Under the pieces are notes generated by a model that was not told where the DNA came from, made no database searches, and saw nothing but the letters and a program-made list of their open reading frames with translations. The position numbers and the translations under genes were made by a program. Positions 10,763 to 20,765 of a stretch of DNA of 64,000 nucleotides are shown here, piece after piece. Origin of the DNA: Thermodesulfovibrionia bacterium (GTDB lineage: Bacteria; Nitrospirota; Thermodesulfovibrionia; UBA6902); contig CAVOUK010000011.1 of NCBI GenBank assembly GCA_963699585.1, forward strand, positions 37,749 to 101,748, read 5' to 3'. The stretch's first letter is position 1; each line of letters starts with the position of its first letter.

Positions 10763-10977
10763 ACCCTCTCCTGTGAGTAAGTCGCATGAATCCTTTTTTA
10801 TCTTTATTATTTATAAGCTTATTATCTTTTCGGCTTATACCGAATTATCTTTAGTTCGGACAATATAGTCCGTATTTTTTATAAATTGTTAAATAAGTTC
10901 TTCAAGGAGTGCTTTGAAAGTGTATTGGTATGTGTTTGCTTTTTTGACTTACAGGGAATACTTCAACTTTATATCTC

Positions 10978-11895
10978 TCATTTAAAGCTGAAGAGAATAA
11001 CTCCTGCGCTAAACCTGTCAGTTAATAAATGCAGTGGCTTATCATTAATTTTATTGTTAACTTCCTCTGCCTTATCTATACAATATTTATTCATATCTTC
11101 CTGAGCAGACGATGATAATTTTTTGTAAGCTATTTTGTCAGATTTCCATTTTCTGATTGTTCTGCCGAATACATCAGGGAAAATATCAATTACTGCTGAC
11201 ATAAAACCTCGAAAATAATCTGCTGAATCCCTTCTTAATGGTGCATTTCCTATAATATAGAAGTTCCTGGATCCTATCTCTTTTGCAAGCCTCGTCAGCT
11301 CAATATAGGAGAACGGAATTTCTATATCGATTTCCCATGTCCCTGTAACTTTACGAAAAAATCTTATCCATTGGTAGAAAGGACTTAATCTGTTTGGGAC
11401 CCCTATAAAAGCCACCCCGCCTTCTTTCAACAAATGCTTGTGATATTCAATACATTTCACTCTGTCTTTCCCTATGAAATGTTCTGCTAACCCGCCTGAA
11501 ACAACAAGATCAAAGGCCCCAGCCAATTCCCCGGGCGGGACATCAAGACAGTTGGCTTTTATTAACTCTGTTTTGCAGTCATAAAAACTGTATATCTTTT
11601 TTGCCCTTTCGAGGACCTTTTGATTAAAATCTATTAGAGTGACCGACGCACCTAAAAGACCCAATGTAAGTGAAAAAGTTCCTGTGCCGCATCCTACTTC
11701 AGCTATTTTTAATTTATTAAAAGGGATTCCCATTTTCTTAATAAGTCTTACAGTGTGCTGCCACCCAAGATATGAAGTACACATTTTAATCCTCTCATCC
11801 ATCGCAGACTTTGTAATATCAGAATTCTGAGGGTCCCACGCTGTTTCATCCAGTTGTTTTTCCTGGTACATATTCCTCCCCGGTTTTTGAAACAT
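10978..11895 (-). CDS. Class I SAM-dependent methyltransferase
   Basis: KIAEVGCGTGTFSLTLGLLGASVTLIDF motif I. Confidence 0.7.
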   Translation of the reverse strand: MFQKPGRNMYQEKQLDETAWDPQNSDITKSAMDERIKMCTSYLGWQHTVRLIKKMGIPFNKLKIAEVGCGTGTFSLTLGLLGASVTLIDFNQKVLERAKKIYSFYDCKTELIKANCLDVPPGELAGAFDLVVSGGLAEHFIGKDRVKCIEYHKHLLKEGGVAFIGVPNRLSPFYQWIRFFRKVTGTWEIDIEIPFSYIELTRLAKEIGSRNFYIIGNAPLRRDSADYFRGFMSAVIDIFPDVFGRTIRKWKSDKIAYKKLSSSAQEDMNKYCIDKAEEVNNKINDKPLHLLTDRFSAGVILFSFK

Positions 11896-12938
11896 TACTT
11901 TTTCAAAACTTCAAGATAAATATTTTCTGCCATCTCAATGCTTTTTTCGATTGCAAACCTCTCTTCAACCCTTTTCCTTCCAGCCCTCCCCATCTGTTTC
12001 CTTTTCTCTGCATGTTCTGCAAGGTCATTTACTTTATCGGCTAATGCCGCAGTATCTTTAGCCGGGACAATATAGCCTGTAGTGCCATCAATGACCGCTT
12101 CCGGATTTCCTCCGGTATCAGTAGTAATAACAGGCTTTGATGCTGCCATTGCTTCGAGGATGACCCTTGAAAATGCCTCGGTCAGTGTAGGGAGGACCAG
12201 AATATCAATTGATTTCAGAAAAGAGGGGATATCGTCTCTTTGTCCGGCGAAAATAACTCTTTCAGACACATTAAGCTCTTCACACATTTTATTTATTCGT
12301 TTTAAATATGCATCATTTGCCCTGCCTGCAAGGATGAGCCTTGCGTTATTTGTATGCTTCAATGCCTTTATAAGGTATTCCTGTCCCTTTAACTCTTCTA
12401 TCCTTCCAACGCATCCAAGAAGAACGGCATTATTATCTACATTAAACTCTTCTCTGATTGATGAATGCGTAATAAAAGCATCAAACTCTTCAAGGTCTAT
12501 GCCGTTATAAATAGTTGGCGCCTTCCCTGTATCAAGCCATTTAAATCTTGTCCTTAAGGCGTCTGCAACCAGGATAAGCTTTGTAGAAAGTGCGGAAAGA
12601 ACTTTATCTAAAAACCATTCTCCCTGACTTGCACGAATATGCCATATAAGCGGTATTTTATTAATCCTTGCAGCGATGCCTGCATAAAAGGTCTCTGTAG
12701 TGGAATCTGTATGAATAAGCGAAATGTTTTTATCTCTTATAATTGAAGACAGCCTTTTAATGGTATATGGATTCAGGTGTCTGATCTTTCCAGTGTTGAG
12801 GAGAATAACATCTGCTCCGATCTCTCTCATCTTTTGGGCCAGCTCTCCTTCATCAGGGCATAAGACAAAAGGATGAAAGATTTCCCTGTTCAGATGTTTG
12901 ATCAGATAGTAAAGGCTCCACTGTCCCCCGCCTGCCAT
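11895..12938 (-). CDS. GT4-family glycosyltransferase
   Basis: GGGQWSLYYLIKHL.., C-terminal ..TEAFSRVILEAMAASKPVITTDTGGNPE. The in-frame upstream codons AVHNILYTTSFSN look like the conserved first beta-strand, but they follow a TAA and have no start codon. The N-terminus may therefore be damaged or use a rare start. Confidence 0.75.
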   Translation of the reverse strand: MAGGGQWSLYYLIKHLNREIFHPFVLCPDEGELAQKMREIGADVILLNTGKIRHLNPYTIKRLSSIIRDKNISLIHTDSTTETFYAGIAARINKIPLIWHIRASQGEWFLDKVLSALSTKLILVADALRTRFKWLDTGKAPTIYNGIDLEEFDAFITHSSIREEFNVDNNAVLLGCVGRIEELKGQEYLIKALKHTNNARLILAGRANDAYLKRINKMCEELNVSERVIFAGQRDDIPSFLKSIDILVLPTLTEAFSRVILEAMAASKPVITTDTGGNPEAVIDGTTGYIVPAKDTAALADKVNDLAEHAEKRKQMGRAGRKRVEERFAIEKSIEMAENIYLEVLKK

Positions 12939-12996
12939 ATTGCTGAAGGACGTTGTATAGAGGATGTTATGTACTGCTTATAGATTGGACAGAGCT

Positions 12997-13105
12997 GAAG
13001 ACATGGAAGTAGTCAGGAGATAGGGACAGTCGTCAGGAATAATTGGCCAGATGTAATAAGCCTCATGTCGATTATAGAAATTCTGGAACAGGCTTCCAGG
13101 TCTTC
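12997..13105 (-). repeat. MITE-like / structured element, copy A (short form), inverted relative to copy B at 36340-36507
   Basis: Terminal inverted repeat gaagacatggaag (12997-13009) / cttccaggtcttc (13093-13105). The reverse complement shares an approximately 55-nt core (..aagcctgttccagaatttctataatcgaca.gagg.ttatta) with 36348-36390. Confidence 0.7.
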
Positions 13106-13114
13106 TGAAAGATC

Positions 13115-13976
13115 TTAATAAGTTTTAAGATGTTTGATGATTAATACAGGTTTCGCATGAACTTCTATTGCATCAGTTATTATCTTGCCTGTAAGGAAAC
13201 TGCCTGCTGCAGCGAATTGATTCAATACTTTTATGCGGCGCTGGACAATACCCATGTCTGGAAGAATTTTCTGAACACTGAAACCTGTTTTCTCTAATGC
13301 CAACCTGATGGTTTCGGTTGTAAAATGATATAAATGAAGTTCCCTGTCATCAGGATCAAAAAGATGCATCCGCCTGCCCCTTATTAATCTGTATGCCAAT
13401 TGAAAAAGGAAATTGTTCAGGTTAGGTATCGCAAGGATAAATATGCCATTATCTTTCAATATGCGCCTTATTTCTCTCAATACAGCGATCGGGTCCCTTG
13501 TATGCTCCAGGACATGCCACATCGTGACTGGCATCAAACGTGTTATCGGGGAATTTCATGTCGATCAGTTCCCCCTGGATGATATTCAGACCGAGCTTTT
13601 CCTTTCCATACTGCGCTGCAAAGTGTGAGATCTCTGTGCCTGTTACATCCCATCCGTCTTTTCCGGCAACTTCAGGAAAAAGTCCTTCAGCGCATCCAAT
13701 ATCCAGAAGCCTGCCTTTATTGACAGAAAGTCTGTTGAGAGTTCTCAATCGTTTTTCCCACATCTTTACGCGCTGTGAGCGTTGATCTTCAAGCCACGGG
13801 GCATAATAAGAATCTGAATGTGCAGATTCGATCAATACCTTTTCAGGCAACGGTGATACATAGACCAATCCGCAACCAGGGCATTTAAGAACGTTAAATT
13901 CTTTCCTGCACTGCTTCGATTACTTCAGGAGTTGTTCCATTGCATAAAACGCAATTACCGGTTACATTGCTCATAC
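13115..13976 (-). pseudogene. Class I SAM methyltransferase with N-terminal Cys4 zinc ribbon, two frameshifts (about 13905 and 13529)
   Basis: My reconstruction has three pieces: MSNVTGNCVLCNG..EAVQ (ATG 13976-13974), then ..RKEFNVLKCPGCGLVYVSP..LLDIGCAEG..NTFDA (ORF 13449..13868), then VTMWHVLEHTRDP.. (ORF 13115..13537). Confidence 0.65.
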
Positions 13977-15049
13977 AGATCTTCCATTCTGTTTAACATG
14001 TCATTTAAAGAGAACATTTTCCCGTATCTCTCTTTCCCTTTAGCGCCCATTCGTTCTCTAAGATCAGGTGCGGCTGATAATTTGTTTATCGCAAACGCAA
14101 GTGCTTTACTGTTTTTTGCCTCAACAACAATGCCGGTCTCTCCGTCCGCAACGACTTCGGGAAGACCGCCTATTGCTGTAACAATAACAGGTTTTGATAA
14201 AGCCATTGCCTCTATTATTGAAATTCCAAGACCTTCCCGTTCTGAAGAAGGAAGAACAACTATGTCCATGAGACTGATATATGGGGCTACATCCATTTTA
14301 TGTCCTGTAAAGACAGTCCGTTCACTTATACCAAGTTCAATGGAGTATCTTTTTAGTTCCTCTGCCATCGGGCCGTCTCCGACAATAAGCAGACCGGCGT
14401 TATCTATTTCCCTGAAGGCCTCAAGCAGATATCTGTGCCCTTTGTGCTGATTGAGAGATGCAACACACCCTACAACAATATAGTCTTCATGAAATCCCAG
14501 GGTATTCTTAAGCTCACTGATTTCATTGATATCTATATTGACCGGCTCAGAAATCCCGTTATATATAACTGTTAATTTGTCTTCTGAAATGTTTTCTTTT
14601 TTCTGAACAAATTCCCTTACAGCTTCAGAACAGCAAATGATTTTACTCGAAAACCTGCTCAGGAAATTCTCTATGGCATGATGCTTTTTATTCAGATCAA
14701 GATATGTACTGTGCACATGGTGAAATATACATGGTATTCCTGCAAATATAGCTGCAAAACGACCGAGGACCCCGGCAGGGTAACCGTGGGTGTGGACAAT
14801 ATCGATCTTTTTCTGTTGTAACCAGGTCACAACCTTAGTGATATTTAGAGGATTGTGATAGTTGTTAATGCTTAGAATTTCCACATCTTTACCATTTGTG
14901 ATCAATCTTTCTGCTATTACACCGCCTCTGCTCAGGCAGAGCACATAGGTTTTGAACTTATCAGAATCAAGACTCATTGCAATATTTTCAATGACCCTCT
15001 CTAATCCGCCAAGCTTTAGGTCCTCTACGACCTGCACCACATTAATCAT
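13955..15049 (-). CDS. GT4-family glycosyltransferase
   Basis: VEDLKLGGLERVIENIA.., ..SEREGLGISIIEAMALSKPVIVTAIGGLPEVV. Confidence 0.8.
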   Translation of the reverse strand: MINVVQVVEDLKLGGLERVIENIAMSLDSDKFKTYVLCLSRGGVIAERLITNGKDVEILSINNYHNPLNITKVVTWLQQKKIDIVHTHGYPAGVLGRFAAIFAGIPCIFHHVHSTYLDLNKKHHAIENFLSRFSSKIICCSEAVREFVQKKENISEDKLTVIYNGISEPVNIDINEISELKNTLGFHEDYIVVGCVASLNQHKGHRYLLEAFREIDNAGLLIVGDGPMAEELKRYSIELGISERTVFTGHKMDVAPYISLMDIVVLPSSEREGLGISIIEAMALSKPVIVTAIGGLPEVVADGETGIVVEAKNSKALAFAINKLSAAPDLRERMGAKGKERYGKMFSLNDMLNRMEDLYEQCNR

Positions 15050-16068
15050 GAATCATTGCCACTCTCCGGATCTCATCGGTCCTGTGCCTGTAGGTATGTT
15101 TTTCAAGTACAGTCCTTTTCCCTTTTTCAGAGATCTTAATTCTTTCTTCCGGCCTTTCAAGGTAGTATTTAATTAATTCCCTCAGCTCATTTGTGTCTCT
15201 GAAAAGCACCAAATCCTCTCTGTCTTTAAATAGGGTCATGACATCCCTCTGTGCATCAACCATCAGAAAGGCCCCGCATGCAAGCGCCTCATAAACCCTC
15301 GGACTGGCCTGATGACATGGGACCCTGTTGGCAGGGTCTTTGTAATGCATGCACAAGCACGATCTTTGAAGCGCTGTAGATCTTTGTCCATGCATCAGGC
15401 GGAGTTTTTTCTCCGCGTATACGTTTTTTCAGAGGCGAGTCCTGAGGAATACTGCTGCTACCCGGCCCCCAGACAGCAAGATCAAGATCAGCAATAGATT
15501 CAAGAAACTTGATCCGGAAGGGATATAATCCTGGATGAACACTTCCGACAAAAGAAATATCAGCACCATAAAGCTTTTGATCATTCTCGGACAATATTTG
15601 TGGTTTGTGAAGATCAGGATCACAGGCAAAAGGCAAGCAGCGGAGATTCTTGATACCGTTCTCTTTCAAAATATCATATGCCTCTGAGCCTCCTGTGAAA
15701 ACAAAATCATAGCAGGGAGCAGCTTTCCTGAGCGGTTCAAAATCCAATGGCGGGTCTATCGTCCAAAGCGCTGTCAGGATCCCATGTCTTTTGATTTTTT
15801 TTAATGTGTCCGGCAATATTCTGTGTCCTCCCGCTTCAAGTAAGATGTGAGGTTTATATGATTTTATTGCGGTAACGAGTTTATTATTTATTCTCATCAG
15901 GTCTAAATTGTTCAGAAATGGTAACCTGTTTCTAATCCTTCCCGGAATAATAAAGTCTCTGTTGTCAAAAAAAAGGAGTTCACAGCCTGATGATTTAAAG
16001 GCTTTTTCTATATATTCTGTAATAGTTAAGAATTGAGGATTTTTATTTGAAGAAAAAAGGATTTTCAT
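15042..16068 (-). pseudogene. CgeB-like (DUF3880 + Glyco_trans_1_2-type) glycosyltransferase, one frameshift near 15355
   Basis: ORF 15289..16068 (N-terminal part ..YSASKIVL) and ORF 15042..15395 (CMHYKDPANRV..SPRVYEALACGAFLMVD..) join as IVL|CMHY after removal of one base. Confidence 0.6.
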
Positions 16069-17012
16069 TTGGCATTATTCATTTTCTTAAATATAAGATA
16101 AATGTGCTGTCCCCAAATAACCCTGAGTAAAAGTCCTAACGTATTTACTCTGAAAAAATAACTGCAATCAGTTTTTATTGCTTTAATAAGATATTCTTTT
16201 GCTTTTGCTATATCCGGCAAGAAATATTGACTCAAGAATATGTAAGCTTCTGCTCTTATTTTATTTTTTATAGGATACGAATATAGTTCACTATTTTTTT
16301 CAATAAGTTTCCAGACCTGCTCTTTGATATAGGAGTGCTCTTTCATTGTTTTTTTTGATGAATAACTCCCCGAATGTGTATAGATGCAGGATGTCACGGA
16401 TGCTATATATCCTATGTTGTAATTCATTGCTATTCTGCTAAAAAATTCCCTGTCTTCACCAAATTCAATATGGTTGTTAATTCCACCAAGTTTACTGTAG
16501 ACAGATCTTCTAAAGAGATGAGTAGAATTATTTGCCATGATTCTGGTAATGCATAAATCTTTATAATAATCCCCTTTACCACTTTTGATATTATCCCTTA
16601 TCTTCACAGGTATAATTGCACTGTCTTCATTCAATAAAATGAAATTAGAAAATACGATACCCACATCAGGATTTGTGTCCAAATAATTACATAATATATT
16701 TAAATGTTCTGGCAGCCAGAAGTCATCATCATCCAGAAAAGCGAAATATTCACCTTTTGCCAAGTCCATCCCTTTATTTCTTGAACGGCTTCTTTCTAAC
16801 TTTGTTTCATTTTTAAAATATTTAAGCATACCAACGCTTATCTCATGATTGAACTTCTCTTCCAGAACCTCTTTAGTATTATCAGTTGATGCGTCATCAA
16901 TAATTATAATCTCAAAAGACCTGTATATCTGTGAAAGTACACTTCTTATTGCTCTTTCAAGCAGAAGGGACCTGTTGAAAGTAGGAATTATAACGCTTAC
17001 AGTCGGGGTCAT
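16065..17012 (-). CDS. GT2-family glycosyltransferase
   Basis: VSVIIPTFNRSLLLERAIRSVLSQ.. and ..FLDDDDFW (DxD). Confidence 0.8.
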   Translation of the reverse strand: MTPTVSVIIPTFNRSLLLERAIRSVLSQIYRSFEIIIIDDASTDNTKEVLEEKFNHEISVGMLKYFKNETKLERSRSRNKGMDLAKGEYFAFLDDDDFWLPEHLNILCNYLDTNPDVGIVFSNFILLNEDSAIIPVKIRDNIKSGKGDYYKDLCITRIMANNSTHLFRRSVYSKLGGINNHIEFGEDREFFSRIAMNYNIGYIASVTSCIYTHSGSYSSKKTMKEHSYIKEQVWKLIEKNSELYSYPIKNKIRAEAYIFLSQYFLPDIAKAKEYLIKAIKTDCSYFFRVNTLGLLLRVIWGQHIYLIFKKMNNAK

Positions 17013-17911
17013 TTGTTGTTAATCCTTGCGACCACGTAAATATTAACCCCGTTACCTTTTGAAAATATTCTTGCGATCTTGGCGAGTATATTGTAAAAGA
17101 TCACCCTGAATTTAAATAACGCTTTAAAAAGAAGTGTTATATAAATTCCTTTATGGGCTTTATTTAATTTACCTTCAAGATACTCAGTGCCAAAATATAC
17201 TTTAAATACTGACAGCAGGTCTTCTGCGGTAATAGGGGAAATAATCATAGAGCTTAAAGAGTATCCTCTGAATTCTAAAAAATGTTTCAAACTTTTTATA
17301 TTCCAACGTGTCAGATGATGTGGTGGATAGTCCCATGAAGCACTACGCGGCATTATCCTTTCTTTATTTGGAACGCTTAAAATTATGTTGCCATCTTCCT
17401 TTAAGATATATTTTATGTTTTCTATAAACTCTTTTGGTTTTTCAAGGTGCTCCAGGACCTCAAAAAAGATTATTATGTCAAACTTTCCGCTTTTATAGTT
17501 TCTAATAAAATCAGACACTTCGCAGGAATAGACATCTTCTATGCCAAGAACATTCTTTGTGAAGTCAATAATCCTGTCATTGATATCAAGCGCAGTAACA
17601 TTACAGCCTGATTCTTTAAGTTTTTTTAAAAAAATGTTTCTTCCACAGCCAATGTTCAGAACCTTTTTCCCCTTATATAGATAATAGTCTTCCAGGAAAA
17701 TCCTCTCATACCATCTTAGATCTTCAGATGCTTCTGCAGGGAACAAATACCAGTCGGAACTTTCATACCATCCTTTATCAGCTGATTTCATCGGATTTGC
17801 AAATATACCTGAGCATTTTCTGCAACTTTCAAATGAATAATTGTCAGCTGTATAGGTCGAAATCATCTTTGTATTTTCAGCGCCGCATAACGGGCATAAT
17901 AGACTATCCAA
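17009..17911 (-). CDS. Class I SAM methyltransferase with N-terminal zinc ribbon
   Basis: CPLCG..CRKCSG then VLNIGCGRNIFLKKL motif I, EVLEHL. Confidence 0.75.
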   Translation of the reverse strand: MDSLLCPLCGAENTKMISTYTADNYSFESCRKCSGIFANPMKSADKGWYESSDWYLFPAEASEDLRWYERIFLEDYYLYKGKKVLNIGCGRNIFLKKLKESGCNVTALDINDRIIDFTKNVLGIEDVYSCEVSDFIRNYKSGKFDIIIFFEVLEHLEKPKEFIENIKYILKEDGNIILSVPNKERIMPRSASWDYPPHHLTRWNIKSLKHFLEFRGYSLSSMIISPITAEDLLSVFKVYFGTEYLEGKLNKAHKGIYITLLFKALFKFRVIFYNILAKIARIFSKGNGVNIYVVARINNK

Positions 17912-19403
17912 TTTTAAACATCTCCTTTATTCCTATGAATTCCAGTTCCTTCTGCATATATATTTTAATGGCTATGAAATACAGGACGCTCCAAGCAGGC
18001 AATACTATAAATATCTCTGTAATATCATTATTAACCAATTGGTTAATTGCAATGCCGGAACCCATTAATAAAATTGAAATAATTAAATTTCTTCCTGAGT
18101 TGACAATGTAATTGCCTATTGAGGTGTTAAGTTGTTTGTTTGTAAAAATATAATACAGAAAACAGACAACAAGTTGAGTGATCAGGATACTTACTGCGAT
18201 ACCGTAAATACCAAACGTATTTTGCAGGATATATGCTGAAATAAAAAAAACAGTAACACCAATGAATGCATTAAATCCCACAATATGTGCCTTCTTTTCA
18301 GCATAAACAATTTGAACAAGATATGTTTCATAGGAAAGGATCATCAAATATGGCAACATAATTAATACAAGATAAAAGAGAGCAGTAATGTCAGAAGCAG
18401 TAAATTTACTTCCAAGAAAAAGAACATTTAAAAAAGGTATTAAAAAAGAAATGATCCCTGCGGAGAAAAATAACATGATCACGGCATTTGCTCTTGATAC
18501 TTTCTCGAACAATTCCCTCACATCCAGCCATTTGTTCTCTGTTATTAAAGATGAGACCTTTGAGAAGAATACCTTTGAAGAAGGGCTAACAGCAATCTGA
18601 AGTAAAATGCTTATAAATTTCTCTGCATAAGCAAGTAACGCTATTGAGCCGGATGCGAGGTGGGATGCAATATTTCTGCTGATAATATCCCGTAAACTCC
18701 ATATAAAACCGCTTACTGTCATTATTGATGAATGTTTGATCAACAAAGGCATTTTCTCGTGATACAGACTGAGGGTCGGCCTCCATGGAGTTTTGATCAA
18801 GAGATATACAAGAAGAATACACAGTTGTATAAAATTTGCAGCAACATAACTGATAGCAATAGCCTTTATGCCAAATAGAGGGGTCAATATAAGAAGAGCC
18901 GTAATATTCAGTATCGGATGTATAATTCCTGTAATGGCCGGTAAAGCAAAATAATAGAGTGCATTAAGAATGCATACTGTAATAGCAGAGACACTACTGA
19001 AAATGAACGCGATAAGGAGTATACGGATAACATCAAGGGTTAATGCAACATGATCTCCTTTAAATCCTGAAGCTACAACTTTCACTATCAGATCTCCTGA
19101 AAACCAGGCTAATAAGGTTATTATGACAGAGGAGAGGGCGATCCACTTGATCGTCACATCTGCAAAGATAAAACTGTCTTTTTCATTCTTGTATTTATAT
19201 TCATTAAATACCGGAATAAAAAGAGATGTTATAAAAGAATTAAAAATACCGAGCAAGCCAAAAATAGCAAGTGCGGCAAAGAGGCAGTCCAGCTCCCAGG
19301 ATATGCCGAAGCGTCTCCCAAGCATTATATGGAATATAAAACCCAAAGAAATACTTACAGTATTTATAATGCTGAGGTTTAATGTCGCTCTTTTGAGATT
19401 CAT
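17904..19403 (-). CDS. MurJ/MviN-like MOP-superfamily flippase
   Basis: 499 aa, polytopic; N-terminus ..SLGFIFHIMLGRRFGISWELDCLFAALAI..FIPVFNEY resembles MurJ. Confidence 0.7.
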   Translation of the reverse strand: MNLKRATLNLSIINTVSISLGFIFHIMLGRRFGISWELDCLFAALAIFGLLGIFNSFITSLFIPVFNEYKYKNEKDSFIFADVTIKWIALSSVIITLLAWFSGDLIVKVVASGFKGDHVALTLDVIRILLIAFIFSSVSAITVCILNALYYFALPAITGIIHPILNITALLILTPLFGIKAIAISYVAANFIQLCILLVYLLIKTPWRPTLSLYHEKMPLLIKHSSIMTVSGFIWSLRDIISRNIASHLASGSIALLAYAEKFISILLQIAVSPSSKVFFSKVSSLITENKWLDVRELFEKVSRANAVIMLFFSAGIISFLIPFLNVLFLGSKFTASDITALFYLVLIMLPYLMILSYETYLVQIVYAEKKAHIVGFNAFIGVTVFFISAYILQNTFGIYGIAVSILITQLVVCFLYYIFTNKQLNTSIGNYIVNSGRNLIISILLMGSGIAINQLVNNDITEIFIVLPAWSVLYFIAIKIYMQKELEFIGIKEMFKIG

Positions 19404-19404
19404 G

Positions 19405-20754
19405 TTATATGGCTTTTATCCGTCTGTCTGTTTGCATTGCTTCCAGATTAAAATTCCCTGCCGCAACCACCATTGCCATCACAAACCAGAAAGGCTCCAT
19501 TATTCTGATTATTATAAATGTGTTGGCTGTGACAGCATGGGTCAACATTGCTGTAAAACCTGCAAGCACCCCGAGACTGATGCCTTTATAAAGTTGATCT
19601 TTGGTGTTCCTGTATGTATTTAGTACAGTCGAAAAGATCTTATACAAAAAATAAAGGAATATTGAAAATCCTATAAAACCTGTTTCGATGAGCGTCTTGA
19701 AATACTGGCCGTCTATAAAGCCATAACCTGTTACCCCATATCCCAGAAAGGGCCGTGTTTTTATATCTTCAAGGATCTTCAAATAACTGTTGACCCTCTC
19801 AGATGCCGAGAGGTCCAGATATACTCCTCCGACCTTTACCTGTTCTTTTGATTCCGTAGCTTTGCTCATAAAGGTTTTTTTGTATCTTTCTTCGACCGAT
19901 TTAGGCATGATCATCGGAGCTACCAGCACCCCTATGATTAAAATAGCAGCAAGCAATATCCTCTTGTTACTGAAAATCATCAATGCCATATACATTCCTG
20001 CAACAGCCATCCATGAACTTCTTGACAACGTAAATAAAAAAGGGACCGCTACAAGGCCGAGCGCAATAAACGATACCGCTTTCACCTTCTGGTATTTATA
20101 TGAGAAGAAGATCCCGGACAGCAGAGAGATCATTAAGACAAGGTATCCGCCAAATGTGTTAGGCTCTCCCTCTTTACCTTCAAAAGGCGCGGAAATTCTG
20201 TCTCCTGAGGGGATTTGGGCTATCGCATATAATGAGACGATCACGGCAGTTATAATTATTGCTATAAAATACCGTTTTATCTGGTCCCTGCTGTGAATGT
20301 TGTTCAGTACCATGAAGAATATTACAAAATATTCCACGTATTTAAGAACAAACATGCTTCCCTGTAAAGGCCTTACCTTTCCAAAGACCATCCCGAACAT
20401 GGTTGCCAGAATACATATGGTCACATAGCAGAGAATGACCTTATTCAACGGTGTTTTTATAAACAGTCCCAGGTCTTTGTAAAAAGCGCTTCTTGCCAGC
20501 CAGCCCAGGGAGATGACAATTATGAGGAGGTCATCCATTCTTATGGATATTTCACGCTGGGGTGCGCCGCCGACAGCTATCTCAGGAGACAGGAGCATTG
20601 AAAATATCAGCAGATAGATCGCAAGTTCCGTTGAGAAAAAAGATACAACGAGGACTAAGCTTCCTGCTATCAGGGCCGCAGCAAAGGATGGTCCCGTGCC
20701 GTCAATTATCAATCCGACTATTATGGCGACAGCCAGCAGGAACATGAAAAACAC
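19405..20754 (-). CDS. O-antigen ligase/Wzy-like polymerase family membrane protein
   Basis: 449 aa, polytopic, ..FTLSRSSWMAVAG.. Wzy_C-like segment. Confidence 0.7.
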   Translation of the reverse strand: MFFMFLLAVAIIVGLIIDGTGPSFAAALIAGSLVLVVSFFSTELAIYLLIFSMLLSPEIAVGGAPQREISIRMDDLLIIVISLGWLARSAFYKDLGLFIKTPLNKVILCYVTICILATMFGMVFGKVRPLQGSMFVLKYVEYFVIFFMVLNNIHSRDQIKRYFIAIIITAVIVSLYAIAQIPSGDRISAPFEGKEGEPNTFGGYLVLMISLLSGIFFSYKYQKVKAVSFIALGLVAVPFLFTLSRSSWMAVAGMYMALMIFSNKRILLAAILIIGVLVAPMIMPKSVEERYKKTFMSKATESKEQVKVGGVYLDLSASERVNSYLKILEDIKTRPFLGYGVTGYGFIDGQYFKTLIETGFIGFSIFLYFLYKIFSTVLNTYRNTKDQLYKGISLGVLAGFTAMLTHAVTANTFIIIRIMEPFWFVMAMVVAAGNFNLEAMQTDRRIKAI

Positions 20755-20765
20755 AAGATTTGATC

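Noticed and set aside
10763-10977. 215-bp AT-rich gap inside the minus-strand glycan operon as an internal promoter.
   Set aside because: I could only find poor -35/-10 candidates (TTAACA-19 nt-TATATT). There is not enough support to annotate it.
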